64,000 nucleotides of DNA from Bacteroidota bacterium (GCA_022711175.1 JAKLFM010000006.1:8720-72719), one strand, 5' to 3'. Positions 26,797-37,684 are shown, counted from the stretch's first letter. The notes: a model not told the origin generated them from the letters alone. Numbers and translations are program-made.

Positions 26797-27909
26797 CTAC
26801 TTTAGTTTAACAACCATACCAACCGGCTGATGGTCGGAGTAATTGAATCCCGATTCAATGGTCTGAACAAAGCGCAGTTCGATGTTCGGCGAAAGCACAA
26901 AAAAATCCAGTGTTGTAACCGGCGTCTGGCCTTTATGATAAGGTTTATCAACATTGCGGTTGGTTGGTACATCAGGATCGTATGCCCATTCCCAGTTCGC
27001 AGGCAAAAAATGCTCAGCAATACCCGGTCGGATACAATATGCCTGGTTTTCTTTTATTACTGATGTTGAATCGAAAGGGAGCGGATTTTGATTCCAGTCG
27101 CCGCCAGCGATTACATAATTTCCTTTTGCAAACTCCTTTATCATCAAATCCTTCAAAGGATTCATTTCTTTCTCGCGCATTTTTAAAGCGTCATCAGAAG
27201 CTGAATTATGGAGGTTAATCAAAATTAATTGTTTGCCATTCGTTGTCTTAAAGCGGGATAAAATGAAGCACCGGTGGGGCATGAAAAGGCTTTTCGGCCA
27301 GCGATATGAAGAAGGATAAGCATACCGCACAGATTCTTCGGGCTGATACCGGCTGAGAGACAACTGTCCGGAAACTACTTTTCCGAGGGCGTGAAATAGC
27401 GGCAAAGGAAAATATTTAACATTGTGATTGATGGCATAAGCAGATGTAAACTGCGGGAAGCTTAATGCTATTCTTTTACACTGGTTATCGTTGTACGATC
27501 GTTTTGCCAGGCTGTCAACTTCCTGTAGCAGAATGAAATCAGGGCGGTCGAGCGTAGTTAATTGATAAACAACGCCTTCGCGATATTTTTTTGCCAGTTC
27601 TTTAGTCGGTCGAACCATTTTCCCGCCTTCATAAACGAAATCCATCTCTTTGCCAAGACCACAATAACCAATATTCCAGGTGTAAAATACCAGACTTGTA
27701 TCCGTTGGAACCGCGTTGTGTTGACCTTCGCCAGAAGCAAGTATATTTTCAACTAAAGCTGGTTTGTAATCAGTTAATTCTGAATAAATTATGAAGCCAG
27801 CAACGATGGAAGCAATGGCAACAACCGGCCATAGTATTGCATGGGTAAGCACTCGTTTGTTGATTTTCATATAACAGGATCGAATATAACTTTCATAGAT
27901 CTGATTCAC
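26797..27909 (-). CDS. Endonuclease/exonuclease/phosphatase (EEP) family protein, membrane-anchored
   Basis: 370 aa. It has an N-terminal TM segment and the EEP motifs LLQEVD, NLHNSA, GGDWNQ and SDHQPV. The start could instead be the internal Met at 27870. Confidence 0.7.
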   Translation of the reverse strand: MNQIYESYIRSCYMKINKRVLTHAILWPVVAIASIVAGFIIYSELTDYKPALVENILASGEGQHNAVPTDTSLVFYTWNIGYCGLGKEMDFVYEGGKMVRPTKELAKKYREGVVYQLTTLDRPDFILLQEVDSLAKRSYNDNQCKRIALSFPQFTSAYAINHNVKYFPLPLFHALGKVVSGQLSLSRYQPEESVRYAYPSSYRWPKSLFMPHRCFILSRFKTTNGKQLILINLHNSASDDALKMREKEMNPLKDLMIKEFAKGNYVIAGGDWNQNPLPFDSTSVIKENQAYCIRPGIAEHFLPANWEWAYDPDVPTNRNVDKPYHKGQTPVTTLDFFVLSPNIELRFVQTIESGFNYSDHQPVGMVVKLK

Positions 27910-28009
27910 ATCAAGCCGATTACTTCAGCTGCGACAAAGGCGATGAGTAAGGCGAATTTAAAAAAATATTATTTTCGCTTTTCATTTGATTTTCAAAACA
28001 GCGACATCA

Positions 28010-29548
28010 ATGCCCATTTTAGGATCAATCATCAAAGGCGCAATTGAAGTAGGCAGCCGCATTCCCGTCAATAAACTAAAACCGCAGGATCCATACAAAG
28101 CCCAGGTACGCACATTAAAGAAACTTTTAAGAACAGCCCAGCTTACCTTTTTTGGTGAGGAATATGGCTTTTCCCAAATGCTTCACAATGAAAATATTGT
28201 AAAGAGTTTTCAGCAAAAAGTCCCGACTCACGACTATAATTCGATGCATCGCCGCTGGTGGTACCGTACCCTAAACGGCGAAGCTTTTGTTTGCTGGCCC
28301 GGTCAGGTAAAGCATTTTGCATTAAGTTCGGGTACATCCGAGGCATCGAGCAAGTATATACCTGTAACTCCTGCCATGCTTAAGGCGATACAGAGAACAA
28401 GTATTAAACAATTGCTTTCGCTTGCCAAGTACGATTTCCCTCCCGAGTTTTTTCAAAAAGGTGTACTCATGCTTGGAGGCAGCACCCACCTGCAATTTAA
28501 CGGCACCTATTACGAAGGCGACCTTTCGGGAATCACCACGGGCAATCTCCCATTCTGGTTTCAGCATTTTTATAAACCGGGCAACCGGATTTCGAAAGAA
28601 AGGAACTGGACAAACAAGCTGGAAGAAATTGTGAAGAAAGCTCCCGAATGGGATATCGGTGTAATTGTTGGCGTACCGGCCTGGCTGCAAATTCTGCTCG
28701 AAAAGATAATTGAACAGTATAACCTGAACACCATTCACGATTTGTGGCCGAATCTGTCGATTTATGTGCACGGCGGCGTATCGTTTGCTCCTTATATCAA
28801 AGGTTTTGAGAAGCTGCTTTCGCATCCTCTCACTTATATGGAAACCTATCTCGCCAGCGAAGGTTTTATTGCATACCAAAGCAGGCCGGGCACAAATTCA
28901 ATGGAATTGGTACTCGACAATGGTCTCTTTTACGAGTTCGTACCCTTTAATGAACAGAATTTTGACGATGACGGCAACCTGAAACCAAATGCCGAACCAT
29001 TGACAATAAACCAGGTGGAAGAAGGCCGCGAGTATGCATTGCTGCTATCGAGCTGCGCCGGGGCATGGCGCTACCTCATTGGCGATACCATCAAATTCAC
29101 CTCAAAACAATTATCCGAAATCGTAATTACCGGTCGTACCAAGCACTACCTGAGCCTCTGCGGCGAACATCTTTCGCAGGAAAATATGAATCGGGCGGTT
29201 GAAATGCTTGAACATGAGCTCAATATCTCTGTCCGAGAATTTACGGTTGCCGGTATTAGTCACAGCAGCATGTTTGCCCATAAATGGTACCTGGGAACCA
29301 ACGACAAAATAGATGTAATGCTTGCTTCAAATAAAATTGATGAATACCTGAAAATACTTAACGACGATTACCGGACCGAACGCCTTCATGCCATCCGCGA
29401 TGTTTTTGTCGAAATTATTCCACCCGAAGTGTTCTACGACTGGATGCGCCTGCAGGGCAAAGAAGGTGGCCAACACAAGTTCCCACGGGTATTGAAGAAT
29501 GCAAAATATGAACAATGGGAAGAATACCTCAAATCCATTGCAAAATAA
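28010..29548 (+). CDS. GH3 (auxin-responsive promoter) family acyl-adenylate-forming protein
   Basis: About 512 aa from the ATG at 28010; the ORF-track start at 27986 is TTG. The sequence FALSSGTSEASSKYIPVT fits a GH3/ANL adenylation P-loop, and the protein resembles bacterial GH3 homologues end to end. Confidence 0.8.
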   Translation: MPILGSIIKGAIEVGSRIPVNKLKPQDPYKAQVRTLKKLLRTAQLTFFGEEYGFSQMLHNENIVKSFQQKVPTHDYNSMHRRWWYRTLNGEAFVCWPGQVKHFALSSGTSEASSKYIPVTPAMLKAIQRTSIKQLLSLAKYDFPPEFFQKGVLMLGGSTHLQFNGTYYEGDLSGITTGNLPFWFQHFYKPGNRISKERNWTNKLEEIVKKAPEWDIGVIVGVPAWLQILLEKIIEQYNLNTIHDLWPNLSIYVHGGVSFAPYIKGFEKLLSHPLTYMETYLASEGFIAYQSRPGTNSMELVLDNGLFYEFVPFNEQNFDDDGNLKPNAEPLTINQVEEGREYALLLSSCAGAWRYLIGDTIKFTSKQLSEIVITGRTKHYLSLCGEHLSQENMNRAVEMLEHELNISVREFTVAGISHSSMFAHKWYLGTNDKIDVMLASNKIDEYLKILNDDYRTERLHAIRDVFVEIIPPEVFYDWMRLQGKEGGQHKFPRVLKNAKYEQWEEYLKSIAK

Positions 29549-29653
29549 ACTCTTATTTACTCCGTTGAAACGACAGTGTTACTCAGCAGAATATGCAACT
29601 GTTTTAAAACCCTGATTATTTCATTAATTAAATAACCAAAAGCAATCAGTGAG

Positions 29654-30277
29654 ATGCATCCTTTGATACAAGGCATGATCCTTGGGTTAACCCTGGCAGC
29701 CCTGTTAGGCCCTGCAGTTTTCACCTTGCTGCAAACCAGCATACACCGCGGGTGGAGATCGGGATTGTTCCTGGCATCCGGCATCATTTTGAGCGATTTC
29801 ACGGTTCTCATGTTGGCATACCTTGGTGCATTACAGCTTATTAACAAGAAGGACAACTACCTGCTTGCCGGAATTATAGGCGGCATTATCCTTATCATGT
29901 TTGGAGTTTATACCTTTAACCGTAAAGTGCATTTTGACGAGAACAACAATCCGGTCGAAATCAGGGTTGCCGGTCCGCTTACCTACATCCTGAAAGGATA
30001 TTTTCTCAATATCATGAATCCGTTTGTGTGGTTCTTCTGGATTTCGGCCATGGTAGGAGTGAGCTCAAATTTTGGAGAGGATAAACACGGAATTGTAATA
30101 TTTTTTACCGGCACATTGGCTGTTGTTTATGCAACCGATATTCTTAAAGTGCTTGTTGCCAGTAAGTTGAAAAGCTATCTTAACAGGAAGATCCTGCTTT
30201 TCATAAACAGAATCGTTGGTCTGATTTTGGTTTGTTTCGGACTTTTTTTGATGGTCAGAACCATCATTCATTTCTGA
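29654..30277 (+). CDS. LysE-family amino-acid exporter
   Basis: 207 aa with about 6 TM segments. The N-terminal G..LG..L....GP is typical of LysE/RhtB translocators. Confidence 0.8.
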   Translation: MHPLIQGMILGLTLAALLGPAVFTLLQTSIHRGWRSGLFLASGIILSDFTVLMLAYLGALQLINKKDNYLLAGIIGGIILIMFGVYTFNRKVHFDENNNPVEIRVAGPLTYILKGYFLNIMNPFVWFFWISAMVGVSSNFGEDKHGIVIFFTGTLAVVYATDILKVLVASKLKSYLNRKILLFINRIVGLILVCFGLFLMVRTIIHF

Positions 30278-30338
30278 TCTGCTGATAAAACTTATGGTGG
30301 TGTATAGGAAGGATTTTCCGGTACAACAGGCATTGAAT

Positions 30339-32105
30339 TTATTCTTCCGAAAACTGAATATCCTTGATATTTAGCTGGATAGACTTATTGCCATTCCATT
30401 CATTTTCCTCGATATGATAACAGATGTCCATAGGGCGGCCCCGCTGAATATCGCTGTATTTTTCGCCCTGCTGAAACGCAATAGCTGAAAAAGGATCACT
30501 GCGTACCGATTCCTGGAAAACGGTCATTTTCACATGGTTTTTACCCACGATGCGTGCATAGCCGGTGTCGCGCGTACGCGGGGTCACAAAAACAGGCGAC
30601 ATATTACCGGGGCCGAAAGGAGCAAACTGCTTTAGAATGCGCAGAAATTTTGGCGTAATCTGCCGCAGGTCAAGTTCGAGGTCAATTTCAACTTCAGGAA
30701 CCAGCATGTGTTCTTTAATAGAGTTAGCAACAATATGCTCAAACTTCTTCCTGAAAGTCTCCAGATTCTCCGGCTTGAGCGACAAACCGGCTGCATAGGT
30801 GTGTCCGCCAAAATGTTCAAGCAGGTCACTGCATGCGTCAATGGCATCGTAAATATCAAAATCTTTCACTGAGCGGGCCGAACCTGTAATCAGTCCGTTC
30901 GACTGGGTGAGCACAATGGTGGGCCTGTAGTACGATTCGGTGAGCCTTGATGCTACAATACCGATTACGCCCTTATGCCACGCCTCATTAAAAACCACAG
31001 TTGACCTCAGCTCAGGGTGCTGTTTATCCGACGCAATCATATCGAGCGCTTCCTGGGTAATTTGAGAATCGAGGTCACGGCGGGTTATATTGAAATCGTT
31101 GATTTGCCTTGCAATGCTTTCGGCATCGGCAAGGCTTGCGCTGATAAGCAACTGCACTGAGTTGCGCCCGCTTTCGATGCGTCCGGCAGCATTAATGCGA
31201 GGGCCAATAACAAAAACAAGGTCGTTGATGGTAAGTTCGCGCGAGAAAATACCCGTATCATTAATTGGCAGGTTCTCAGATTCTTCGCGGCGCATAATAT
31301 TTGCAACATTTAAAATTGCTTCAATGCCGGGTCTTGGACAAGTATTTATCAATTTCAAACCGTAATAGGCGAGTATCCTGTTTTCTCCGGTTATAGGCAC
31401 AATATCCGACGCAATGCTTACAGCAACGAGGTCGAGGTATTCATAAAGATCTTCAAAAGCGATGCCTGTTTGTTGTGCATAGGCTTGAATAAGTTTAAAG
31501 CCTACTCCGCACCCCGAAAGTTCATCGAACGGATACGCCGAATCGTTGCGCTTTGCATCGAGCACAGCAACAGCTCTGGGTAGCTCATCGCCGGGCCGGT
31601 GGTGATCGCAAATAATAAATTCAATACCTTTTTCGAGGGCATAATCAACTTTTTCCACAGCTTTGATGCCGCAATCTAGAGCGATAATGAGACCAAATCC
31701 GTTCTCCGATGCAAAATCAATCCCTTTGATGGATACGCCATATCCTTCGCTGTAACGGTTTGGGATATAAAAATCGATGTTCTCGAATCCGTGTTTTTTA
31801 AAGAAAGTATAAACCAGGGCAACAGCGGTGGTACCGTCAACATCGTAATCGCCGTAAACGAGTATTTTTTCTTTGTGTTCCCGGGCTTTTAAAATGCGGT
31901 TTACCGCAACATCCATGTCACTAAGCAGGAATGGATTGTGAAGGTTGAGAAGATCGGGACGGAAAAAATCGCGCGCTTCTTCAAATGTATTTATCCCGCG
32001 CTGTATGAGCAATTCAGCCAGGGATTTCTCAATACCCAAACTACCCGCCAGGTTGTTAACCGGTTCAGCATCATACCTTTCCTTAAATACCCAGTGTTTT
32101 TCCAT
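30339..32105 (-). CDS. recJ: Single-stranded-DNA-specific exonuclease RecJ
   Basis: It has the DHH-family motifs VYGDYDVDGTT, LDCG and ICDHHRP, and the DHHA1 motif FGGHTYAAG. I start it at MEKHWVF (32105). The ORF-track start at 32213 adds 36 poorly fitting residues. Confidence 0.9.
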   Translation of the reverse strand: MEKHWVFKERYDAEPVNNLAGSLGIEKSLAELLIQRGINTFEEARDFFRPDLLNLHNPFLLSDMDVAVNRILKAREHKEKILVYGDYDVDGTTAVALVYTFFKKHGFENIDFYIPNRYSEGYGVSIKGIDFASENGFGLIIALDCGIKAVEKVDYALEKGIEFIICDHHRPGDELPRAVAVLDAKRNDSAYPFDELSGCGVGFKLIQAYAQQTGIAFEDLYEYLDLVAVSIASDIVPITGENRILAYYGLKLINTCPRPGIEAILNVANIMRREESENLPINDTGIFSRELTINDLVFVIGPRINAAGRIESGRNSVQLLISASLADAESIARQINDFNITRRDLDSQITQEALDMIASDKQHPELRSTVVFNEAWHKGVIGIVASRLTESYYRPTIVLTQSNGLITGSARSVKDFDIYDAIDACSDLLEHFGGHTYAAGLSLKPENLETFRKKFEHIVANSIKEHMLVPEVEIDLELDLRQITPKFLRILKQFAPFGPGNMSPVFVTPRTRDTGYARIVGKNHVKMTVFQESVRSDPFSAIAFQQGEKYSDIQRGRPMDICYHIEENEWNGNKSIQLNIKDIQFSEE

Positions 32106-32270
32106 AAAATATTGTCGTATTCGCAAAGTTAACGAAAAGGCGATAGCACCAACAAAATTTGTTAAATAAGCCCATACTGACCTGCAAGGCTGGTAATAAT
32201 CAATTGATATCAATAACCCATGATCTTCGAATTATCAGTATCCGGGTCAGTTAATAAGAATACCTGTATT

Positions 32271-33518
32271 TCAGAAGGTTGACCTCATGGCTTCAACCGG
32301 ATCAAGACGGGAAGCCGACCAGGCAGGAAACAGCCCTGAAACCAGGCCAATAAATGCCGAAACCGACAATCCAAGAATGATATTTCCCGACGTAAGCATC
32401 AGGGGCATATCAATCATACGTGAGATAATTACTGTGCCTGAATAAATGATAAGCAGCCCGAGCGCTCCGCCAAGCAGAGCAAGGAAAACTGCTTCGAAAA
32501 GGAACTGCAGTAAAATGAAATAGTTTTTTGCCCCCAGCGATTTTTGGATGCCAATTTGAGCCGTCCGCTCTTTAACCGAAACAAACATAATATTGGCAAT
32601 TCCAAAACCGCCGACAAGCAGCGAAAATCCTCCCACTATCCATCCCACTATGGCTATCACCCTGAAAATCTGGTCGAACCCCTGTGTAATAATGCTCATT
32701 TCATTTATGGAGAAGTTATCTTCAGCCGATGGTTTAAGTTTGCGGATCGAACGCATGATTCCGGTGAGTTCATCACGGAGTTCATCATTTGATATATTGG
32801 GTTTGCCTCTGACCAGTATTGCCGATTCGATATTGAAGCCGTTCATGTCAATGAAATTCCTGCCAAAATTTACAGGTAGCAACATCCATTTGTCCATTGA
32901 CTGGCCGAAGTTATCGTTGCCTTCTTTCTTGAAAGTACCAATAATCTGAACTTTGCGGCCAAAAATAAGCATCTGCTTACCAATTGGATCAGCATTGCCC
33001 ATGAGTTCCGAAGTAATATCATGCCCGACAATGGCTACAGGCTTACCTGTTTGCGATTCCTGAAAGGTAAAATACCGGCCTACGTCAATATTGAATGACT
33101 GCACTTTGTCATAGCTGTGCGAAACGGCCACCACAACCGCATTGTCATAACTGTTCCCCTGGTATTTTATACTTCTGTTTGTAGCAACATAGTAGCCGGC
33201 AGCGTCGGTGAGTGAGCTGCGTTTTTCAATTTCGGCAAGCTCGTTCAGGCGGGTTTCGGGGCGTTTCAAATATTTCCACCAGGGATAATCACTGCCCATG
33301 CTCCACGGCCATTTCTGTATGAAAAGCACGTTGCTGCCAAGCGACTCAATATTTTTCCTGATCGTAATCTCAATACTGTCGAAAACCGTCAGCACCGAAA
33401 TCACGGAAAATATCCCGATGGTAATTCCCATGAGCGAAAGAAATGTACGCACTTTATTCACGGCTATAGCCTTGATGGCGAAAAGATAACTTTCGCGAAA
33501 CAGTTTGAGAAATAGCAT
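32271..33518 (-). CDS. ABC transporter permease, MacB/FtsX family
   Basis: 415 aa. It has an N-terminal TM segment, a large periplasmic domain (MacB_PCD-like) and a C-terminal FtsX 3-TM bundle (IGIQKSLGA). Confidence 0.8.
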   Translation of the reverse strand: MLFLKLFRESYLFAIKAIAVNKVRTFLSLMGITIGIFSVISVLTVFDSIEITIRKNIESLGSNVLFIQKWPWSMGSDYPWWKYLKRPETRLNELAEIEKRSSLTDAAGYYVATNRSIKYQGNSYDNAVVVAVSHSYDKVQSFNIDVGRYFTFQESQTGKPVAIVGHDITSELMGNADPIGKQMLIFGRKVQIIGTFKKEGNDNFGQSMDKWMLLPVNFGRNFIDMNGFNIESAILVRGKPNISNDELRDELTGIMRSIRKLKPSAEDNFSINEMSIITQGFDQIFRVIAIVGWIVGGFSLLVGGFGIANIMFVSVKERTAQIGIQKSLGAKNYFILLQFLFEAVFLALLGGALGLLIIYSGTVIISRMIDMPLMLTSGNIILGLSVSAFIGLVSGLFPAWSASRLDPVEAMRSTF

Positions 33519-33690
33519 GTTAAATATTTTCTAATGTTTGCCGGGAAATAAATGAAAATCTGCACTCAAGAACTCCCGAAATGTAAAATTACTTCTTTTG
33601 GAATAAGTTTACCGCTTCGTATTCAATTTTTAACAACCGGCATACGGTAACGCCATTTTTAATATACTTGCACTCTTATCAAACAACGCT

Positions 33691-35217
33691 ATGCACGACA
33701 TAAAAGCCATAAAGTCAGCGCTTATTTCGGTTTATCATAAGGACGGGGTTGACACAATTGCCAGGATGCTTCACCATTTAGGTGTAAACTTGTATTCAAC
33801 AGGCGGTACTTTCGATTTTATCCGGTCGCTGGGGTTGCCTTGCCTGTCGGTTGAAAGTATCACAGGATTTCCTTCCATATTCGGCGGCAGGGTAAAAACA
33901 TTGCATCCGGCCGTTTTTGGCGGAATATTGTTTCGCCGCGATAATGCCGGCGACCAGGCTGAGCGCGAAGCCCATTCCATCCCGCCCATCGACCTAGTGA
34001 TTGTTGACCTTTATCCCTTTGAAAACACGGTTTCGTCAGGCGCCGCGCACGAAGATATTATCGAGAAAATTGACATCGGAGGTATTTCGCTGATACGTGC
34101 GGCTGCTAAAAATTACAACGATGTAGTCATCGTTTCCTCCACCAGCCAATACGCAGAACTTATCCGGTTGCTCGACGAGAAAAAAGGCAGTACCTCATTG
34201 GAAGACCGATACAGGTTTGCAGCCCAGGCCTTCAATGTAAGTTCGCATTACGACAGTGCAATCTTTAACTATTTAAACCGCGAAGGTGAAATCGCGGCTT
34301 TCAAAGCCAGCATGCAGAAAAGCAACACGTTGCGTTACGGTGAGAATCCGCACCAGAAAGGGTTGTTTTTCGGCGACCTGAACCAGGTTTTTGATCAGCT
34401 TCATGGCAAAGAAATTTCGTACAATAACCTCGTTGACCTTGAAGCAGCTATTTCGCTGATTGATGAATTTGCGAAACCAGCCTTTGCTGTGATCAAACAT
34501 ACAAATGCCTGCGGGCTGGCAACGAGAAACTCGCTGTTACAAGCCTGGCTTGATGCCCTGGCATGTGATCCGGTTTCGGCATATGGTGGCGTAATTGCTG
34601 CAAATCGTGTGATTGATGAAGAAACCGCCGCCGAAATGAACAAGTTGTTCATGGAGATTGTAATAGCTCCCGGTTACGAAAAAAATGCACTGGAAATCCT
34701 TAAATCAAAGAAAAATAGAATACTTTTGCAGCGCAAAAATGCTGATTTTCAGGCTTCACAGTTTCGGTCAATCCTGAATGGAATTTTGGTTCAGGATAAA
34801 GACCGGGTTTCCGAAACACCTGAAATGCTGAAAGTTGTCACCCATTCGGCCCCAACGGCAGAACAGGTTGATGATTTGTTGTTTGCAAACATTGCGGTAA
34901 AACACCTGAAGTCGAATGCCATTGTGCTCGCCCGCAACGGGCAGTTGCTGGGCACGGGTTGCGGAATGACATCGCGGGTTGATGCACTTAAACATGCCAT
35001 AAGCAAAGCCCATGAATTCGGCTTTGACTTAAACGGCGCGGTTATGGCTTCGGATGCATACTTTCCGTTTGCCGATTCGGTTGAAATTGCATACAACGAA
35101 GGCATCAATGCAGTGATCCAGCCAGGCGGTTCGGTTCGCGACGATGACAGTATCAGCTTTTGCAACCAACACAGCATGTGCATGGTTTTTACCGGAATAA
35201 GGCATTTTAAACATTAA
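33691..35217 (+). CDS. purH: Bifunctional AICAR transformylase / IMP cyclohydrolase
   Basis: 508 aa. It matches PurH end to end (ALISVYHKDG..., GGTFDFI, VKTLHP, VDLYPF, ...MVFTGIRHFKH). Confidence 0.95.
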   Translation: MHDIKAIKSALISVYHKDGVDTIARMLHHLGVNLYSTGGTFDFIRSLGLPCLSVESITGFPSIFGGRVKTLHPAVFGGILFRRDNAGDQAEREAHSIPPIDLVIVDLYPFENTVSSGAAHEDIIEKIDIGGISLIRAAAKNYNDVVIVSSTSQYAELIRLLDEKKGSTSLEDRYRFAAQAFNVSSHYDSAIFNYLNREGEIAAFKASMQKSNTLRYGENPHQKGLFFGDLNQVFDQLHGKEISYNNLVDLEAAISLIDEFAKPAFAVIKHTNACGLATRNSLLQAWLDALACDPVSAYGGVIAANRVIDEETAAEMNKLFMEIVIAPGYEKNALEILKSKKNRILLQRKNADFQASQFRSILNGILVQDKDRVSETPEMLKVVTHSAPTAEQVDDLLFANIAVKHLKSNAIVLARNGQLLGTGCGMTSRVDALKHAISKAHEFGFDLNGAVMASDAYFPFADSVEIAYNEGINAVIQPGGSVRDDDSISFCNQHSMCMVFTGIRHFKH

Positions 35218-35281
35218 CAAATTAACAAGTTATCAGCAACAACGCTGGTAGTGGTTACAAAAAAGAAATTCATTACTCCCG

Positions 35282-36304
35282 ATGGGCTTATTTTCCTTCC
35301 TCACGAAAGAAATTGCGATGGACCTTGGCACTGCCAACTCCATCATTATTTATAACGACAAAGTTGTAGTTGACGAACCAAGCATCATAGCCATTGAACG
35401 CAATACCGGCAAGGTGCTGGCTGTGGGCAAAAAGGCCCAGATGATGCATGGCAAAACGCATGAGAACATAAAAACCATTCGCCCGCTGCGCGACGGTGTG
35501 ATTGCCGATTTTCAGTCGGCTGAATACATGATCCGCGAATTCATCAAAATGATCGGTACCAGCCGCAGTCTGTTTCCGCCGGCTTTGCGAATGGTTATCT
35601 GCATTCCTTCGGGCATTACCGAAGTGGAAGAAAGGGCGGTGAAAGATTCAGCCGAGCAAGCCGGTGCCAAGGAAGTACGCCTGATCCATGAGCCCATGGC
35701 TGCCGCTATTGGCATAGGCATTGATGTGCTCGAACCAACCGGCAACATGATTATTGACATAGGCGGCGGAACCAGCGAAATTGCCGTAATTGCCCTTGGC
35801 GGTATCGTTAACAACAAGTCAATACGAATTGCCGGCGACGATTTTAATGCCGATATCGAGGAATACATGCGCAAACAGCATAATATCAATATTGGCGAAC
35901 GTTCATCGGAAATGATAAAAATTGAAGTTGGCGCTGCGCTCACCGAAATTGACAATCCTCCGCCCGACTATGCCGTTCACGGTCGCGATATGCTTACCGG
36001 CATCCCCAAGGAAATTTATGTAAACTACGCCGAGATAGCCCATGCCCTTGACAAGAGCATCTCGAAGATTGAAGCTGCCGTTCTCAACGCATTGGAGATG
36101 ACGCCTCCCGAACTGGCTGCCGATATTTTTAAAACCGGGATATACCTGGCTGGCGGCGGTTCGTTGCTGCGCGGGCTCGACAAGCGCCTGCACCTTAAAA
36201 CCAAACTGCCTGTGCATGTGGCCGACGACCCCCTGCATGCCGTTGCCCGCGGCACCGGCATTGCCCTCAAGAATTTCGATAAATTTACCTTCCTAATCAA
36301 GTAA
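35282..36304 (+). CDS. mreB: Rod shape-determining protein MreB
   Basis: 340 aa. It has the actin-fold motifs DLGTANS and DIGGGTSE, and a typical MreB sequence throughout. Confidence 0.95.
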   Translation: MGLFSFLTKEIAMDLGTANSIIIYNDKVVVDEPSIIAIERNTGKVLAVGKKAQMMHGKTHENIKTIRPLRDGVIADFQSAEYMIREFIKMIGTSRSLFPPALRMVICIPSGITEVEERAVKDSAEQAGAKEVRLIHEPMAAAIGIGIDVLEPTGNMIIDIGGGTSEIAVIALGGIVNNKSIRIAGDDFNADIEEYMRKQHNINIGERSSEMIKIEVGAALTEIDNPPPDYAVHGRDMLTGIPKEIYVNYAEIAHALDKSISKIEAAVLNALEMTPPELAADIFKTGIYLAGGGSLLRGLDKRLHLKTKLPVHVADDPLHAVARGTGIALKNFDKFTFLIK

Positions 36305-36333
36305 GATTCAGGAAGGTACATCCGCATCTGCCC

Positions 36334-37173
36334 ATGCGAAACATTCTGGCTTTCATAGTCCGGTTTCATTTTCTGCTGCTTTTTGTTTTACTCGAAGTAG
36401 TCGCATTGGCTATGTTTGTTAATTCAACCTATTTTCAGCAATCGGCAGTGCTCAATTCGGGAAATGTCATAACCGGGAAGTTTTATACTTCGGCCAGCAA
36501 CATTACCGGTTATTTTAAACTTCGCCGTACCAACGAGTTACTTTCAATCGAAAACGCTATCCTCCGGCAGGGTTCTGACCTGTCGTTTCTCAAAACCGAC
36601 AGCACTTCTTTCTGGAAAAAGGACACTCTTTACAGGCAACAATACAAATATGTTATCGCCAGAGTCATTCATAATTCGGTTGGCAAACGTAACAACTACA
36701 TAATGCTTGATAAAGGTAAACGTTTTGGAATTGAGAAAGATATGGCGGTAATAACACCAAATGGCATTGCCGGAACCGTTATTAGCGTTTCGGAGAACTT
36801 CGCCTGGGTGATGAGTGTCCTGAACAAACATACCCGCATCAGCGCCCGTATCAGGAAAAACGACCAGATGGGAACCGTGGTTTGGAACGGCATTGACCCA
36901 TCGGTCGGCACGCTTACCGATATTCCTGCCCATGTAAAGCTATCACGTGGCGACACCATCGTTACTTCAGGTTTTTCAAATATTTTTCCCGCAGGACTTA
37001 TGCTTGGCACTATCAACGATTTCAGGGTTGAGCAGGGTGAACATTTTTACCTGATTCCCTTTACTTTCAGCGTTGATTTCAATAGTCTCGATTACGTTTA
37101 CATTGTTAAAAACCTGATGAAGGAAGAACAGGATAAGCTAATGCAAACAACTGAAAACCAAGCCAATGAATAG
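36334..37173 (+). CDS. mreC: Rod shape-determining protein MreC
   Basis: 279 aa. It has an N-terminal TM segment and an MreC beta-barrel region (GIAGTVISVSENFAWV, VVTSGFSNIFPAGLMLG). It lies immediately downstream of mreB. Confidence 0.85.
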   Translation: MRNILAFIVRFHFLLLFVLLEVVALAMFVNSTYFQQSAVLNSGNVITGKFYTSASNITGYFKLRRTNELLSIENAILRQGSDLSFLKTDSTSFWKKDTLYRQQYKYVIARVIHNSVGKRNNYIMLDKGKRFGIEKDMAVITPNGIAGTVISVSENFAWVMSVLNKHTRISARIRKNDQMGTVVWNGIDPSVGTLTDIPAHVKLSRGDTIVTSGFSNIFPAGLMLGTINDFRVEQGEHFYLIPFTFSVDFNSLDYVYIVKNLMKEEQDKLMQTTENQANE

Positions 37174-37684
37174 ACTTGTATTTCAGAATATTATAAGGTT
37201 TCTGCTTCTTGTTTTGTTGCAGGTGCTCTTGCTTAACAAAATCAACCTTTACGGGTACCTTAATCCATTTGTTTATATCCTTTTTATTCTTCTGCTTCCT
37301 TTTGAAACTCCCGGCTGGCTGCTTCTGGTGCTTAGTTTTATAACGGGATTTACCATCGACATTTTTTCGGGTACACCTGGGCTTCACACTGCTGCTACGG
37401 TGTTGGCTGGATTTGCGAGGCCGGCTGTTATAAAATTGGTTGGTGAACGCGAAGAGTATGATGCGTCAATGTATCCGTCGCTGCAAAATATGGGACTGAA
37501 ATGGTTTCTGACTTACACTGTAATACTTGTTTTTTTACATCACGCAGCGCTCAATTTTCTCGATGTATTTTCATTTACCGAGTTTTTCAGGACACTCTTA
37601 AGGATTATCATCAGTACAGCATTCACGGTTCTGTTTATCATCCTGTTGCAGTATATCATCGTTTCGCGAAAAGGAAAAAGATAA
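37166..37684 (+). CDS. mreD: Rod shape-determining protein MreD
   Basis: 172-aa polytopic membrane protein that overlaps the mreC stop by 8 nt. The call rests mostly on position and topology. Confidence 0.7.
   Translation: MNRLVFQNIIRFLLLVLLQVLLLNKINLYGYLNPFVYILFILLLPFETPGWLLLVLSFITGFTIDIFSGTPGLHTAATVLAGFARPAVIKLVGEREEYDASMYPSLQNMGLKWFLTYTVILVFLHHAALNFLDVFSFTEFFRTLLRIIISTAFTVLFIILLQYIIVSRKGKR

Noticed and set aside
32106-32213. 36-codon N-terminal extension of RecJ in the ORF track
   Set aside because: RecJ homology begins at MEKHWVF. The extension is hydrophobic and Cys/Trp-rich with no counterpart in RecJ, so the ATG at 32105 is the more likely start.
37106-37387. 93-aa Lys-rich minus-strand ORF over the mreC/mreD junction
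   Set aside because: It is antisense to the mreCD overlap. Its composition reflects the complement of hydrophobic codons.
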